Part shown: positions 1-9,931 of the stretch, one piece after another | Numbering within the stretch: the first letter of the stretch is position 1 | How the letters are laid out: each line of letters opens with the position of its first letter | Assembly: GCA_015060405.1 (NCBI GenBank) | Contig: SUYN01000015.1 | Span: 2,821-66,820 of the forward strand | Source: Bacteroidales bacterium | Lineage (GTDB): Bacteria > Bacteroidota > Bacteroidia > Bacteroidales > UBA932 | DNA length: 64,000 bases | Direction: 5' to 3' | Program-made: the position numbers and the translations under genes | Notes under the pieces: model-generated | The model's input: only the letters and a program-made list of their open reading frames with translations | Database searches by the model: none | What the model was told of the DNA's origin: nothing

Positions 1-1758
1 AGGGGCTCATACGACAATCTTCAGTACAAGGGACTGGATCCAAGCTCGGACTATGTCATCTATGTATATGGAATTACTCCTGAAGGAGAGCGGACCACGG
101 ACATATATTCTGCAGCGGCGACAACCCTGCCTCCTTATGAGGGACCTATCACCCTTGCCTTGGAGGTGTCTGAGACCGACAACATCATGGACATAACGGT
201 GACACCTTCCCACGATGGAGTGAACTATTACTGGAACCTGATGGACAGGGCGACATATGACGGATATGCTGCAGAGTGCGGCGATGATCCGACTGCTGTC
301 TTCCAGGCATATATAGAATGGGATATACAGGATCTGATCGATTACGGTGACATTACCGTGCGCGGTGAATATTACGAATGGTACAGTGATGTCAATAAGG
401 TGAACAGCCAGTTCGAAAGCCTTGCTCTCACGGAATATATAGTGTTTGCATGTAAGTGGGATGAGGATTGCAGGCTTACCGGGGAACCGGCTTATGTATG
501 GCATACGACAGGAGATGTCCCTCCTTCGGACAATGTCATCACAGTCACTGTCGGTGACGATGTAGACCAGTCTTCGTTCTTCGTAGATGTGAAGACAACC
601 AATAATGACCCATATGTGATGATCGCCGAACCGTCAAAGTTCATGCAGGGGATGGACGAGGATGAGATATATGCCCATCTCATGGAGGATTACGGTACCT
701 GGGGCATTCTCAATTTCGTGTATGAGGGCAGTCTCTCCGGCCGTATGACAGGGCTTGAGCCCGACACTGAATACACTATGGTGGTTTTTGGCTACAAGGC
801 AGGAAAGAAGACTACTGCCATGCAGAAGTTTACCGTCAAGACATCACCTGCGGGTCCTGCCGAAGATTGCGTGTTCGATTTCGAACTTCTTGAATCAGGA
901 TCCAATTCTCTGAAGATTACCGTTACACCGTCAGATGCGGCACATTTCTACTATTGGTATGTCTATCCTACAGATGCGACGGCAGATCAGGTCCGAGAGG
1001 ATATAACAGACCTGATAAACGGTTCATATTATGGGGATATGTACGAGTTCAGCTATTGGGAGCTCTCGCAAGGCCGCTCGACCGGTACCATATCCTTCCT
1101 TGCTCCGGAAACAGAGTATAAGGTCGCAGCTGTGGTCATGGATGAGGAAACCGGAGAGTTCCTGGCAGATGTAATCTTCAGCGGACCTTTCAGCACTTCA
1201 GAAGCTGATTATGCAGACATCACGATCACTGCCTCGTATGACAAGTTCTATGACGGAGACGACCTGTATGACATCAATCCTGATGCCGGTGCACAGTACC
1301 GGGGATATGCCATGGTGCCTGTATCGATTTCGATAGACGGAGACTACAAGTCCTACTACTACACGATGATAGACTATGTGACGGATCTGGAGAATCCGGA
1401 CGTCTATCCTGATGCAGCACTTTATGAAACCCTCGTATATTATGGGGTATATTATGCTGAAACAGTGAATTTCCGTGCTCCATGGAATAAGACCGTGCTT
1501 CTGGCAGCGATGGCGATAGACGACGAAGGACGATACAGCCGTGTATTCCGTCAGAAGTGTCAGTTCAGGAAGTATAATGCCTCTGACATAGAGGATCTCT
1601 TCACTAAATCATGGACCTTTGCCGGAGGAGTGGACATACCGTATGCATTGCCTGAGCCGGGAATCAAGCTGGAAAAAGAACGTCGCACCGGAGATGACAG
1701 GTTCTGTTCAGAGAACCTCGATAAGATAAGGCGGGAACACAGAATCAGAAAATACTGA
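1..1758 (+). CDS. 5'-truncated repeat-module surface protein (hypothetical), first visible gene of the Sus-like operon
   Basis: Frame 1 is open from base 1 (RGSYDNLQYKGLDPSSDYVIYVYGITPEGE...), so the Met at 160 is internal. The stop at 1756-1758 lies 11 nt before the SusC-like start. Internal repeats are visible: 'ITVTPSHDGVNYYWNL' / 'ITVTPSDAAHFYYWYV' and 'LDPSSDYVIYVYGITPEG' / 'LEPDTEYTMVVFGYKAG' / 'APETEYKVAAVVMDEE'. These suggest several Ig/FN3-like modules. No named family recognised. Confidence 0.6.
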   Translation, partial: RGSYDNLQYKGLDPSSDYVIYVYGITPEGERTTDIYSAAATTLPPYEGPITLALEVSETDNIMDITVTPSHDGVNYYWNLMDRATYDGYAAECGDDPTAVFQAYIEWDIQDLIDYGDITVRGEYYEWYSDVNKVNSQFESLALTEYIVFACKWDEDCRLTGEPAYVWHTTGDVPPSDNVITVTVGDDVDQSSFFVDVKTTNNDPYVMIAEPSKFMQGMDEDEIYAHLMEDYGTWGILNFVYEGSLSGRMTGLEPDTEYTMVVFGYKAGKKTTAMQKFTVKTSPAGPAEDCVFDFELLESGSNSLKITVTPSDAAHFYYWYVYPTDATADQVREDITDLINGSYYGDMYEFSYWELSQGRSTGTISFLAPETEYKVAAVVMDEETGEFLADVIFSGPFSTSEADYADITITASYDKFYDGDDLYDINPDAGAQYRGYAMVPVSISIDGDYKSYYYTMIDYVTDLENPDVYPDAALYETLVYYGVYYAETVNFRAPWNKTVLLAAMAIDDEGRYSRVFRQKCQFRKYNASDIEDLFTKSWTFAGGVDIPYALPEPGIKLEKERRTGDDRFCSENLDKIRREHRIRKY

Positions 1759-1769
1759 CTCCTCCAGCC

Positions 1770-4700
1770 ATGAGAAGACTCCTGAACATATCAGTGCTCA
1801 TATTCATTTCCCTGGTGTCGTATGCCCAGGGAAATGTTGCCGTGCTTAAGGGAAAGGTGATAGATTCGTCCGATGGCTATCCGTTGGTCGGAGTGTCCGT
1901 CATAGTCACCGGAACTGAATACGGTATCACTACTGATGTTGACGGGTTCTATGAGCTAAGGATTCCTCAAGGGGAGTGCGAGGTGACTTTCTCGTACCTG
2001 GGCTACGATGACGAAGTCAGGGTATATACGGGGAAGAATGCCCAGTCCTTTTCGCGTATCGTGATGAGCATGAATACCGAACAGCTTGCCGATGTGGTTG
2101 TGACCGGTGTGTACGAAAGGAAGAAGGAAAGCTTTACCGGTGCATCAGCTACATTCAAGACTGACGAGCTCAAGGCCGTAGGATCTGCCAATGTCCTGCA
2201 GAGTCTCAAGACTCTCGACCCTTCCTTCAGAATGATGGAGAACACCAGGTTCGGATCCAATCCGAACATGATGCCTGACATCGAGATACGAGGCAAGACA
2301 AGCATCGCCGGCCTGAAGGAGGAGTATGGCACGGACCCTAACCAGCCGTTGTTCATCCTTGACGGATTCGAGACCACCTTGGAGACGATAATGAACCTCA
2401 ATATGAACCGTGTGGCTTCTGTGACCATCCTCAAGGATGCGGCCTCCACTGCCATATACGGTTCGAAGGCTTCCAATGGTGTTGTCGTCATTGAGACCAA
2501 GGCACCGTCCCGAGGCAGGCTCCGGTTGTCGTATAAGGGGGATTTCGGGCTCTCTGTGGCTGACCTTACCGACTATAACCTGATGAACTCAAGGGAAAAG
2601 CTTGAGTTTGAGGCGCTCGCGGGAGTGTACAAGGACAATTCCGGTGACCCTTTCGCACAGATCAGACTTGACAACCTGTACAATGAGAGACTCAAGGAGA
2701 TCGAAAGAGGGGTGGATACTTACTGGCTGAGCGAACCGGTGCGCACAGGTTTCACTCACAAGCATAATGTCTATGCCGAGGGTGGCGAGGATAAGATACG
2801 TTACGGAATCGGCCTCAGTTACGGTGAAGTGGCAGGAGTGATGAAGGACTCTGACAGAAGGACTCTGGAAGGGAATGTCGATCTCATATACCGCTCCGGC
2901 AAATTCCAGTTCAGCAACAAGCTGTCCATAAACTGGCTTGATGTGACCAATCCGGTGGTGTCTTTTGCCGAATATGCATACGCTAATCCGTATTACAGGA
3001 AATACAACGCTGACGGAGGAGTCGACAGGTATCTGTACTACCCGCAGGAAGGTGTGGATGATTATCCTGTCGCCAATCCTTTGTGGAACGCCCATCTGAA
3101 CAATTGGGACAAGGCCTCAGGCATGGGATTCACCAATAACTTCATATTCGAGTGGTTTGTCACAGAGGAATTCCGCTTCCGTGCGAAGTTCGGCCTCTCC
3201 AGGCAGGATGATGATGAGCAGATGCGCCTGTCACCGCTTCACACCCGTTTTGACGATATGGGAGAGACAGAGAAAGGACTGTATTCCCATACGCAGATCG
3301 ATGAATTGTCATATGAGGGCGACCTTGCCGCCACATTCGGCAAGGTGGTGGCGCAGAAGCACATGATCAATGCTGTGGGCGGCTTCAATTTCAGCAGCGG
3401 CAGCAGGGAGGTGTACGGCTACTCGGCAAACGGCTTTACAGATGACCGTTTTGATGCTCCCTCATTTGCAAACGGCTATCCTTCAGGCGGTTCGCCGGAC
3501 TATAGTGAAAGCCTGAAACGTGCCGCAAGTTTTTATGTGAACGGAGGATATGTCTACGATGAGAGGTACCTGATGGACTTCAACTACAGGCTTGACGGAG
3601 CATCCATGTTCGGAACGGGCAACCGTTTCAGGAACACATGGTCGGTGGGAACAGGCTGGAACATCCACAAAGAGCCGTTCATGTCCGGAGATGATTTCTT
3701 CTCGATGCTGAAGCTTCGTGGCTCGGTCGGCAATCCCGGCAATCAGAATTTTTCGGCGTACCAGGCCTTCTCCACATACAAGTTCAACGGATGGATGACC
3801 AATGTCTTCGGAACAGGCGTCATTCTCAATGCATTAGGAAATGCCGGACTTGCCTGGCAGGAGACTGTCAACTATGACATAGGTGCCGACATCTCTTTCT
3901 GGGGCGACAGGGTCAACCTGACTCTGGATTATTATTGGAAACATACCGATCCGCTTCTTGCCGTCATCACCACACCCGGTTCCATGGGTGTCACCAGCAT
4001 TGCGATGAATGCCGGAAGCCAGAAGACAGAGGGATGGGAGGCAGTATTCAGGATTTCACCGGTATACAGGCCTGCTGAGGGGATCAATTGGAACATAAGC
4101 ATCAATGCTGTCAGTTCGCGGTCCGAGTATGCCGACATAGGCGATTCATTCAGTGCGTTGAATGAAAGCGGCAAGACTTCGCTTGCAGGCACCACGAGGT
4201 ATTATGACGGAGGAAGCCCGACAGCCATCTGGGCTGTGCGGTCTGCCGGCATCGATCCGGCTACCGGAAAGGAGCTCTTCATAAAGAAGGACGGTTCATA
4301 TTCCTTTACATACGATGTCGATGATGAAGTGGTGGTCGGAGACACACAGCCGAGAATAGAAGGCCTTTTAGGTACGATGCTCTACTATAAGGGCCTGTCA
4401 CTTGGATGCTATTTCCGTTACAGATGGGGAGGCCAGGTGTTCAATTCCTCGCTTTTCCAGAAGGTCGAGAACATCGGGACCCAGGATGTATATAACAATC
4501 ATGATAAGAGGGCTCTCTATGACAGATGGTCCGAGAATAACAGGGAGGCATATTTCAAGGGCATCTCCATGGTGCAGAAGACCGAGAAGTCATCCCGTTT
4601 CGTCATGGATGACAATTCGATCGCAGGAGAGTCCTTCAACCTGGGTTACGAATTCCCTGACAGGATCGTCAGAAGGATGGGAATGGGTGCAATGAACATC

Positions 4701-4808
4701 CAGCTCATCATGACTGATGTCTTCAGGGCATCTACAGTCAGGGTGGAGAGGGGTATCGATTACCCGTTTGCCAGAAGTGTGACCATGTCGTTAGGCATAA
4801 CATTCTAA
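1770..4808 (+). CDS. SusC/RagA-family TonB-dependent outer-membrane transporter
   Basis: 1012 aa. Signal peptide, carboxypeptidase-regulatory-like domain (VLKGKVIDSSDGYPLVGVSVIVTGTEYGITTDVDGFYEL), plug region (ILKDAASTAIYGSKASNGVVVIETK), long barrel ending in aromatic F. A SusD-like gene follows 5 nt downstream. Confidence 0.93.
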   Translation: MRRLLNISVLIFISLVSYAQGNVAVLKGKVIDSSDGYPLVGVSVIVTGTEYGITTDVDGFYELRIPQGECEVTFSYLGYDDEVRVYTGKNAQSFSRIVMSMNTEQLADVVVTGVYERKKESFTGASATFKTDELKAVGSANVLQSLKTLDPSFRMMENTRFGSNPNMMPDIEIRGKTSIAGLKEEYGTDPNQPLFILDGFETTLETIMNLNMNRVASVTILKDAASTAIYGSKASNGVVVIETKAPSRGRLRLSYKGDFGLSVADLTDYNLMNSREKLEFEALAGVYKDNSGDPFAQIRLDNLYNERLKEIERGVDTYWLSEPVRTGFTHKHNVYAEGGEDKIRYGIGLSYGEVAGVMKDSDRRTLEGNVDLIYRSGKFQFSNKLSINWLDVTNPVVSFAEYAYANPYYRKYNADGGVDRYLYYPQEGVDDYPVANPLWNAHLNNWDKASGMGFTNNFIFEWFVTEEFRFRAKFGLSRQDDDEQMRLSPLHTRFDDMGETEKGLYSHTQIDELSYEGDLAATFGKVVAQKHMINAVGGFNFSSGSREVYGYSANGFTDDRFDAPSFANGYPSGGSPDYSESLKRAASFYVNGGYVYDERYLMDFNYRLDGASMFGTGNRFRNTWSVGTGWNIHKEPFMSGDDFFSMLKLRGSVGNPGNQNFSAYQAFSTYKFNGWMTNVFGTGVILNALGNAGLAWQETVNYDIGADISFWGDRVNLTLDYYWKHTDPLLAVITTPGSMGVTSIAMNAGSQKTEGWEAVFRISPVYRPAEGINWNISINAVSSRSEYADIGDSFSALNESGKTSLAGTTRYYDGGSPTAIWAVRSAGIDPATGKELFIKKDGSYSFTYDVDDEVVVGDTQPRIEGLLGTMLYYKGLSLGCYFRYRWGGQVFNSSLFQKVENIGTQDVYNNHDKRALYDRWSENNREAYFKGISMVQKTEKSSRFVMDDNSIAGESFNLGYEFPDRIVRRMGMGAMNIQLIMTDVFRASTVRVERGIDYPFARSVTMSLGITF

Positions 4809-4813
4809 GATTT

Positions 4814-6259
4814 ATGAGGAAGATATTGACATATATGACTTTATGTCTCATGTTATCCACCTCCTGTGATGTGTGGCTGGATGTGAAACCTTATGACAAG
4901 ATGTCTCAGGATGAGCTGCTTTCTGAAGAGGAAGGATTCATCAAGCTTCTGAACGGGATATACATAGAACTCAACAGCGATATGCTTTATGGCGGAGCCC
5001 TGTCTGTCGAGATGCTGGAAGTCATGGGAGGAGCATATATCATGGGTACAGACAAGTCGGTCTGGGGTAATTACATCGACCTGGCTTCATACGAATACGG
5101 AACACCATATTGGCGTGCGCGCCTTAATGAGACCTGGAACAAGGCCTATTCGCTCATTCTGAACTGCAATCTCCTCCTGGAGAACCTTGAGAAGGGCGGC
5201 GTTCGCTTTACAGGGGACAACTACAAGATAATCAAGGGAGAAGCTTTAGCACTCCGCGCCATGCTCCATTTCGACATGCTGCGCCTCTTCGGCCCGGTCT
5301 TCTCGCGTCATCCGGACCAGCAGGCCATCCCGTATTACAGAAAATGCTCTACTCTTCCCAACAGCCGGCTCACTGCCCGTGAGGTGGCTCAAGAGGTGAC
5401 GCATGATCTTCTGGAGGCCCGTATCCTTCTGGCAAACGATCCGATACGTACAGAGGGAACAATGACTGATGCCCCTTCGGACGGCTCTTCTGTATTCATG
5501 TATTATAGGAATCTCAGACTGAACTACTATGCGGTTACCGCTCTTCTGGCACGCTCAAGCCTTTATTTCGGTGATATGAAGTCAGCCTACGGCTACTCTG
5601 TCGAAGTCATCCGGGCTGCTGAGGAGGGTGTCTTCCCATTCGTGGACAGAAGTCTGGTGACCGGCTCGCCGGATGATCCCGACAGGATATTCTCGTCTGA
5701 AGTCATCTTTGCGCTTTCCCATTCTCAAAGGAACAGGCTCTTCAAGAATTATTTCGATCCCAGCCGCATTCCGAATTATGTGTTCCGTATGGACAATGAC
5801 CTGATGAGCAACAGGATCTTCGGGGGCGGGACGCTCACCGGAGGAAGCCAGGATGATTACAGGTATCGTGTCAATTGGGTGGCGACAGGTGCCAACAGGT
5901 ACTTCTACAAGTATGCAGATATGGTACAGACCGGAAATGTATGCAATACGATGATACCTATGCTCAGACTTGGGGAAATGTATCTCATCGCTGCCGAAAG
6001 CCGTTCCGAGGATATAGGCGCCGGCCTTGTGTATGTCAACAGGCTGCGTGCAAAGAGAGGGACCGGAGCGCTTCAGCAGCTCACCCGTGAGACCCTGCAG
6101 TATGAATATATCCGCGAACTGTATGGAGAAGGACAGCTCTTCTATATGTATAAGAGGATGTATTCTCCGATAATCTTCTCTGTCTCGGAGAATTCCAACC
6201 CTCAACCTGATGATGCAATATTCACTGTCCCTGTACCGGACACAGAAACTGAAAACTGA
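4814..6259 (+). CDS. SusD/RagB-family nutrient-binding outer-membrane lipoprotein
   Basis: 481 aa. Lipobox (LMLSTSC). SusD-type helical motifs (YSLILNCNLLLENL, ALALRAMLHFDMLRLFG, MIPMLRLGEMYLIAAES, LYGEGQLFYMYKR). Sits immediately after SusC. Confidence 0.9.
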   Translation: MRKILTYMTLCLMLSTSCDVWLDVKPYDKMSQDELLSEEEGFIKLLNGIYIELNSDMLYGGALSVEMLEVMGGAYIMGTDKSVWGNYIDLASYEYGTPYWRARLNETWNKAYSLILNCNLLLENLEKGGVRFTGDNYKIIKGEALALRAMLHFDMLRLFGPVFSRHPDQQAIPYYRKCSTLPNSRLTAREVAQEVTHDLLEARILLANDPIRTEGTMTDAPSDGSSVFMYYRNLRLNYYAVTALLARSSLYFGDMKSAYGYSVEVIRAAEEGVFPFVDRSLVTGSPDDPDRIFSSEVIFALSHSQRNRLFKNYFDPSRIPNYVFRMDNDLMSNRIFGGGTLTGGSQDDYRYRVNWVATGANRYFYKYADMVQTGNVCNTMIPMLRLGEMYLIAAESRSEDIGAGLVYVNRLRAKRGTGALQQLTRETLQYEYIRELYGEGQLFYMYKRMYSPIIFSVSENSNPQPDDAIFTVPVPDTETEN

Positions 6260-7008
6260 TGAACAGGAATCTATATCTTATACTGCTGGCTCTGGGTGTG
6301 CTTCTCTCCTGCGAAGAGCGCACGCCGGATCTGTTCGGGGATGTGACGGGGGTGTATTTCCATAATACTACCGGTACGATGTCTGTCACAGACAGTCTGG
6401 ACCTTACATTTGTCTATGAGGCTTCTGATGTGATGGAGGTCCCTGTAAGGATACAGCTCCTTGGAAGGCCGTCGGATGAGGACAGGCCGATTGATGTTTC
6501 TGCAGCTTCCACGGATGCTGTGGAAGGTCAGGATTACATATTGCCTCAGACTTCTTTTCTTCCGGCAGGTGCATCATCGGTGGATTATGTGGTGACTCTG
6601 CTGAGAACAGATGCATTGAAAAGCGGGAAGAAGATGCTGGAACTTGAACTTCATGCGAACAGCCATTTCTCTCTTGCTGTTTCAGAACTTGACCAGGTGG
6701 CCGACACTGTGTCTCTTGTCAGGTTCAGGATAATGTTTTCGGATATGTTCACCTCGCCTCCATCTGCATGGGACGAGAATCTTGTGGGAGAATTCACCCA
6801 GCAGAAATTTGAGCTGATCTGCAAGGTGCTGCAGATAGACCCGGCCGACTTCAACGATCAGACCAGGATAACTCTAGCGAAACTGCTTTATATCGGGGCG
6901 GAGATGACTGCCTATGTACGGGAGCAGGTCGAACTTAAAGGCAGAGGGGAGGCCTTCGATCAGGATGCGTTTGATCCGGAGACAGGCGAGCCGTTGATAT
7001 TCAGATGA
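6259..7008 (+). CDS. DUF4843-like lipoprotein (Calx-beta-like N-terminal module)
   Basis: 249 aa. Lipobox (LGVLLSC). The start overlaps the SusD stop (TGATG). 'AVEGQDYILPQTSFLPAGASSVDYVVTL' looks like a Calx-beta-type motif. The position after SusD and before a PKD-like lipoprotein matches a recurrent Bacteroidales arrangement. Family assigned from memory, not from a search. Confidence 0.5.
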   Translation: MNRNLYLILLALGVLLSCEERTPDLFGDVTGVYFHNTTGTMSVTDSLDLTFVYEASDVMEVPVRIQLLGRPSDEDRPIDVSAASTDAVEGQDYILPQTSFLPAGASSVDYVVTLLRTDALKSGKKMLELELHANSHFSLAVSELDQVADTVSLVRFRIMFSDMFTSPPSAWDENLVGEFTQQKFELICKVLQIDPADFNDQTRITLAKLLYIGAEMTAYVREQVELKGRGEAFDQDAFDPETGEPLIFR

Positions 7009-8570
7009 TTATGAGAAGAATACATAAATATGCCATTCTGTTGTCCATATTCTGGCTCGTGATGTCATGCAGCCGGGATATAGGTAATTACGATTACAGG
7101 GATCTTGATGAGCCGCAGATCACAGGAGTCGAGGACAGGAGTGTGCTCATGTTCTCGCGTCTTGTGATGACTCCCGGGCTGGGGTCTGACAGATTCTCGG
7201 GACAGGATTATTCCCATGAATGGAAGGTGGTGAACCGTAATTCAGATGTGGCTCCTGTGGTGATAGGTACGGAAAGAGAGCTTGACTATGAAGTCACCCT
7301 GCAGCCTGGCTCCTATGTCCTTTATTACACTGTGTCAGAAAAGGCGACCGGCATATATTGGCAGGCTGAGGCTGAACTCATTGTAAGTTCGGTGACTTCG
7401 GAGGGATGGATGGTGCTGTGTTCCGACGGCGGACGTGCCAGACTGGATGTGGTCTCTGCCGTGACCGGCGAAGTCATCAGAGATGTCCTGAAGGATAACG
7501 GGATGCCTCAGATGAACGGGCCGCGCAGGATCCAATGGCTTTCTGACAAGACCGATGCGGCTTCTCCGTATTATCTCCTCACCGACGATGGCGCCACCAG
7601 ACTCGGCGCAGATGCATTCGAGTGGAAACCGGAATATGACCTGTCCTATGAGGTGGCTGTCAATGAACATGTCGCACCGTACTCTATAGTGTCTTCTGGA
7701 TTTGGAAAGATGATGGTCAGCGGGACGTCTGCATACTATTGTGAAATAATGGGGTTTGACGGCCTGTACGGCAGCGCGGTAAACAAGGATTTTGCAGTGG
7801 CCCCATATATAGGAGCCAATGTCCTTGCGACTCAGGTGTATGCTGCTGTGTATCTGTTATATGACACGGACAACAGACGTATGATGGCCTATTGCCCTCT
7901 CCTGTCTACCAATGACCTTGGAGGTCAGGATCCTCTTGCAGACATGGACCAGATGGGACAGATAGCTGAAGGTATGGCACCGGGAGCGGGTGTGCTGGGG
8001 GATGCCTTTGACAGCTGGCCCCAGGGGTATGACTGTCTCTATATGGAGAATACCAGATACGATCCCGGCAATGCAAAGATGGGCCTGACCTATGTTCTTC
8101 TTGCCAAGGGTGATCAGTGCCATCTGTATGGGGTGCAGCTGGGTGACATGCTTCGTTATGCGGACTGTACCTATGTCCTCGGCAAAGGAAGCTATGCCGA
8201 CCTGTCGGACTGCAGCCTGATCCGTGATGAGGATGCCTTGTATGCCTTCAGCTCCCTCAAGAGCTGCATGTACTATGCGGTGGGCGGCACGGTGTATCGC
8301 ATTGACCTGTCTGCAGACCCCGTGAGGGAAGAGAGACAGTTCACCTTGCCGGGAGAGGACATAACCTGTCTTAAATTCAATCTGTATCAGAAGAGCGATA
8401 ATTTCCAGAGGAGCTACGACCTTATAGTAGGGTCCGTCAGGGATGGGGAAGGTGTGCTCCGGATATACGAAGGTGCAATGTCAGACGGCGATTTCCGCGA
8501 AGTGGAACCGGTTGTCTATGACGGATTCGCCGAGATAAAGGATGTGACATATAAAGAAAGAATATATTGA
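7005..8570 (+). CDS. PKD-like family lipoprotein (Ig-like N-domain plus probable beta-propeller)
   Basis: 521 aa. Lipobox (WLVMSC). ATGA overlap with the upstream gene. The Ig/PKD-like segment 'YSHEWKVVNRNSDVAPVVIGTERELDYEVTLQPGSYVLYYTVSEKATGIYWQAEAELIV' is followed by about 400 aa of beta-rich sequence. Confidence 0.5.
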   Translation: MIMRRIHKYAILLSIFWLVMSCSRDIGNYDYRDLDEPQITGVEDRSVLMFSRLVMTPGLGSDRFSGQDYSHEWKVVNRNSDVAPVVIGTERELDYEVTLQPGSYVLYYTVSEKATGIYWQAEAELIVSSVTSEGWMVLCSDGGRARLDVVSAVTGEVIRDVLKDNGMPQMNGPRRIQWLSDKTDAASPYYLLTDDGATRLGADAFEWKPEYDLSYEVAVNEHVAPYSIVSSGFGKMMVSGTSAYYCEIMGFDGLYGSAVNKDFAVAPYIGANVLATQVYAAVYLLYDTDNRRMMAYCPLLSTNDLGGQDPLADMDQMGQIAEGMAPGAGVLGDAFDSWPQGYDCLYMENTRYDPGNAKMGLTYVLLAKGDQCHLYGVQLGDMLRYADCTYVLGKGSYADLSDCSLIRDEDALYAFSSLKSCMYYAVGGTVYRIDLSADPVREERQFTLPGEDITCLKFNLYQKSDNFQRSYDLIVGSVRDGEGVLRIYEGAMSDGDFREVEPVVYDGFAEIKDVTYKERIY

Positions 8571-9931
8571 TGATGAGAAACTTTAAACTATTGGCTGCAG
8601 TCCTTCTTATTGCGGCAGGATGCGGCAGAGCCGTGCAGGAGGACATTGTCCTGGATTTCAATGTTTCAGAACCGGTGTCCGGCGAAGTCGTGCTCGTGGT
8701 TCATGATAAGATAAGCACCGTGTCCCTTGATCAGGACGGAAAGGCACGGATTGTCCTTGAAGGATATGAGGCCGCATATGCCAGACTCTTTTATGGAAGA
8801 GAATTCAAATGGATATATATCGAAGGGGGAGACCATGCTGCCGTCTCTTTCAATGGAAATGATTTTGACTCATCCTTTGCCTATGATGGTGAGAAGGGGG
8901 AGGCTGTGAACTACCTCAACACCATCACCCTTACGGCCTTGCCGGACGAAGACTATGCCCTTCCGTTTGACGAGTATCTTGCGAAAGTCCGGAAGAAGGA
9001 GCAGGAGGCTGTGAAGCTTATGAAGGCCAACGGACTTGGTAAGGCAGGTAATTTCGAGACTCTTGAAGAAGGCAGGATCAGATATTCCTATGCCACATTG
9101 CTGCTCATGCATCCTATAGGACACATGATGATGACGGGACAGCCGGGATACGAGCCGGACGAATTCTATTACGACACTATCGATTCTTATCTGGATGCCG
9201 GTCCGCTGTATGCTGTTCTTGATGAATTCCGTTCTTTTGCAGCGGAAGCCGCACATGTCCTGGATGAGGGGAACCGTAATGTGTCTGCACTATATCCGAA
9301 GACCCTGGCTCAGATGAGGTTCATTTCGGACAGGTTCTCTGATGAAGAGACAAGGAACACCCTGCTTCATTATCTGGCTGCCGCATATGTCGACAGTTAC
9401 GGAACCGATGATATCACAGATATGGAGAATATCTACCGGACGTATGTCAAGGATGAGGCGATGCTTGCGGAATTCGAGGCAAAGTGTGACAGATGGGACC
9501 GTTCGACTCCGGGCAAGCCTTCTCCAGCCTTAAGCGGAGTCGATGTGGATGGAAAGACATGGACTCTGGATGATTTCAAGGGTAAGTATGTATATATAGA
9601 CATGTGGGCTACCTGGTGTGCACCGTGCAGGCGCGAGATGCCTTTCCTCAAGGAACTGCATAAGCAGTTTGAGGACGCAGCTATCGTATTCCTCGGTCTG
9701 TCGACTGACGGTGACAGGGATAAATGGAAGGAAATGGTTCAGTCAGGTGATCTTACTGGAGTCCAGCTGTATCTGGGTCCGCAGAGCGGGTTCCAGAAAG
9801 CCTACAACATCGAGGCTATTCCGAGATTCATTCTGCTGGACAGGAATGGCGTCATCATCAGCAACGATATGACAAGACCGTCTGATCCGGCCACGGCAGA
9901 AACGCTCAATGCACTTGAAGGAATAAGATGA
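8570..9931 (+). CDS. TlpA/ResA-like thiol-disulfide oxidoreductase lipoprotein with a large N-terminal domain of unknown function
   Basis: The track start at 8567 is TTG; the ATG at 8570 overlaps the upstream stop (TGATG). Lipobox (LIAAGC). The C-terminal ~130 aa form a thioredoxin fold with a CxxC motif: 'FKGKYVYIDMWATWCAPCRREMPFLKEL ... IPRFILLDRNGVII'. The N-terminal ~320 aa are unassigned. Confidence 0.85.
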   Translation: MMRNFKLLAAVLLIAAGCGRAVQEDIVLDFNVSEPVSGEVVLVVHDKISTVSLDQDGKARIVLEGYEAAYARLFYGREFKWIYIEGGDHAAVSFNGNDFDSSFAYDGEKGEAVNYLNTITLTALPDEDYALPFDEYLAKVRKKEQEAVKLMKANGLGKAGNFETLEEGRIRYSYATLLLMHPIGHMMMTGQPGYEPDEFYYDTIDSYLDAGPLYAVLDEFRSFAAEAAHVLDEGNRNVSALYPKTLAQMRFISDRFSDEETRNTLLHYLAAAYVDSYGTDDITDMENIYRTYVKDEAMLAEFEAKCDRWDRSTPGKPSPALSGVDVDGKTWTLDDFKGKYVYIDMWATWCAPCRREMPFLKELHKQFEDAAIVFLGLSTDGDRDKWKEMVQSGDLTGVQLYLGPQSGFQKAYNIEAIPRFILLDRNGVIISNDMTRPSDPATAETLNALEGIR

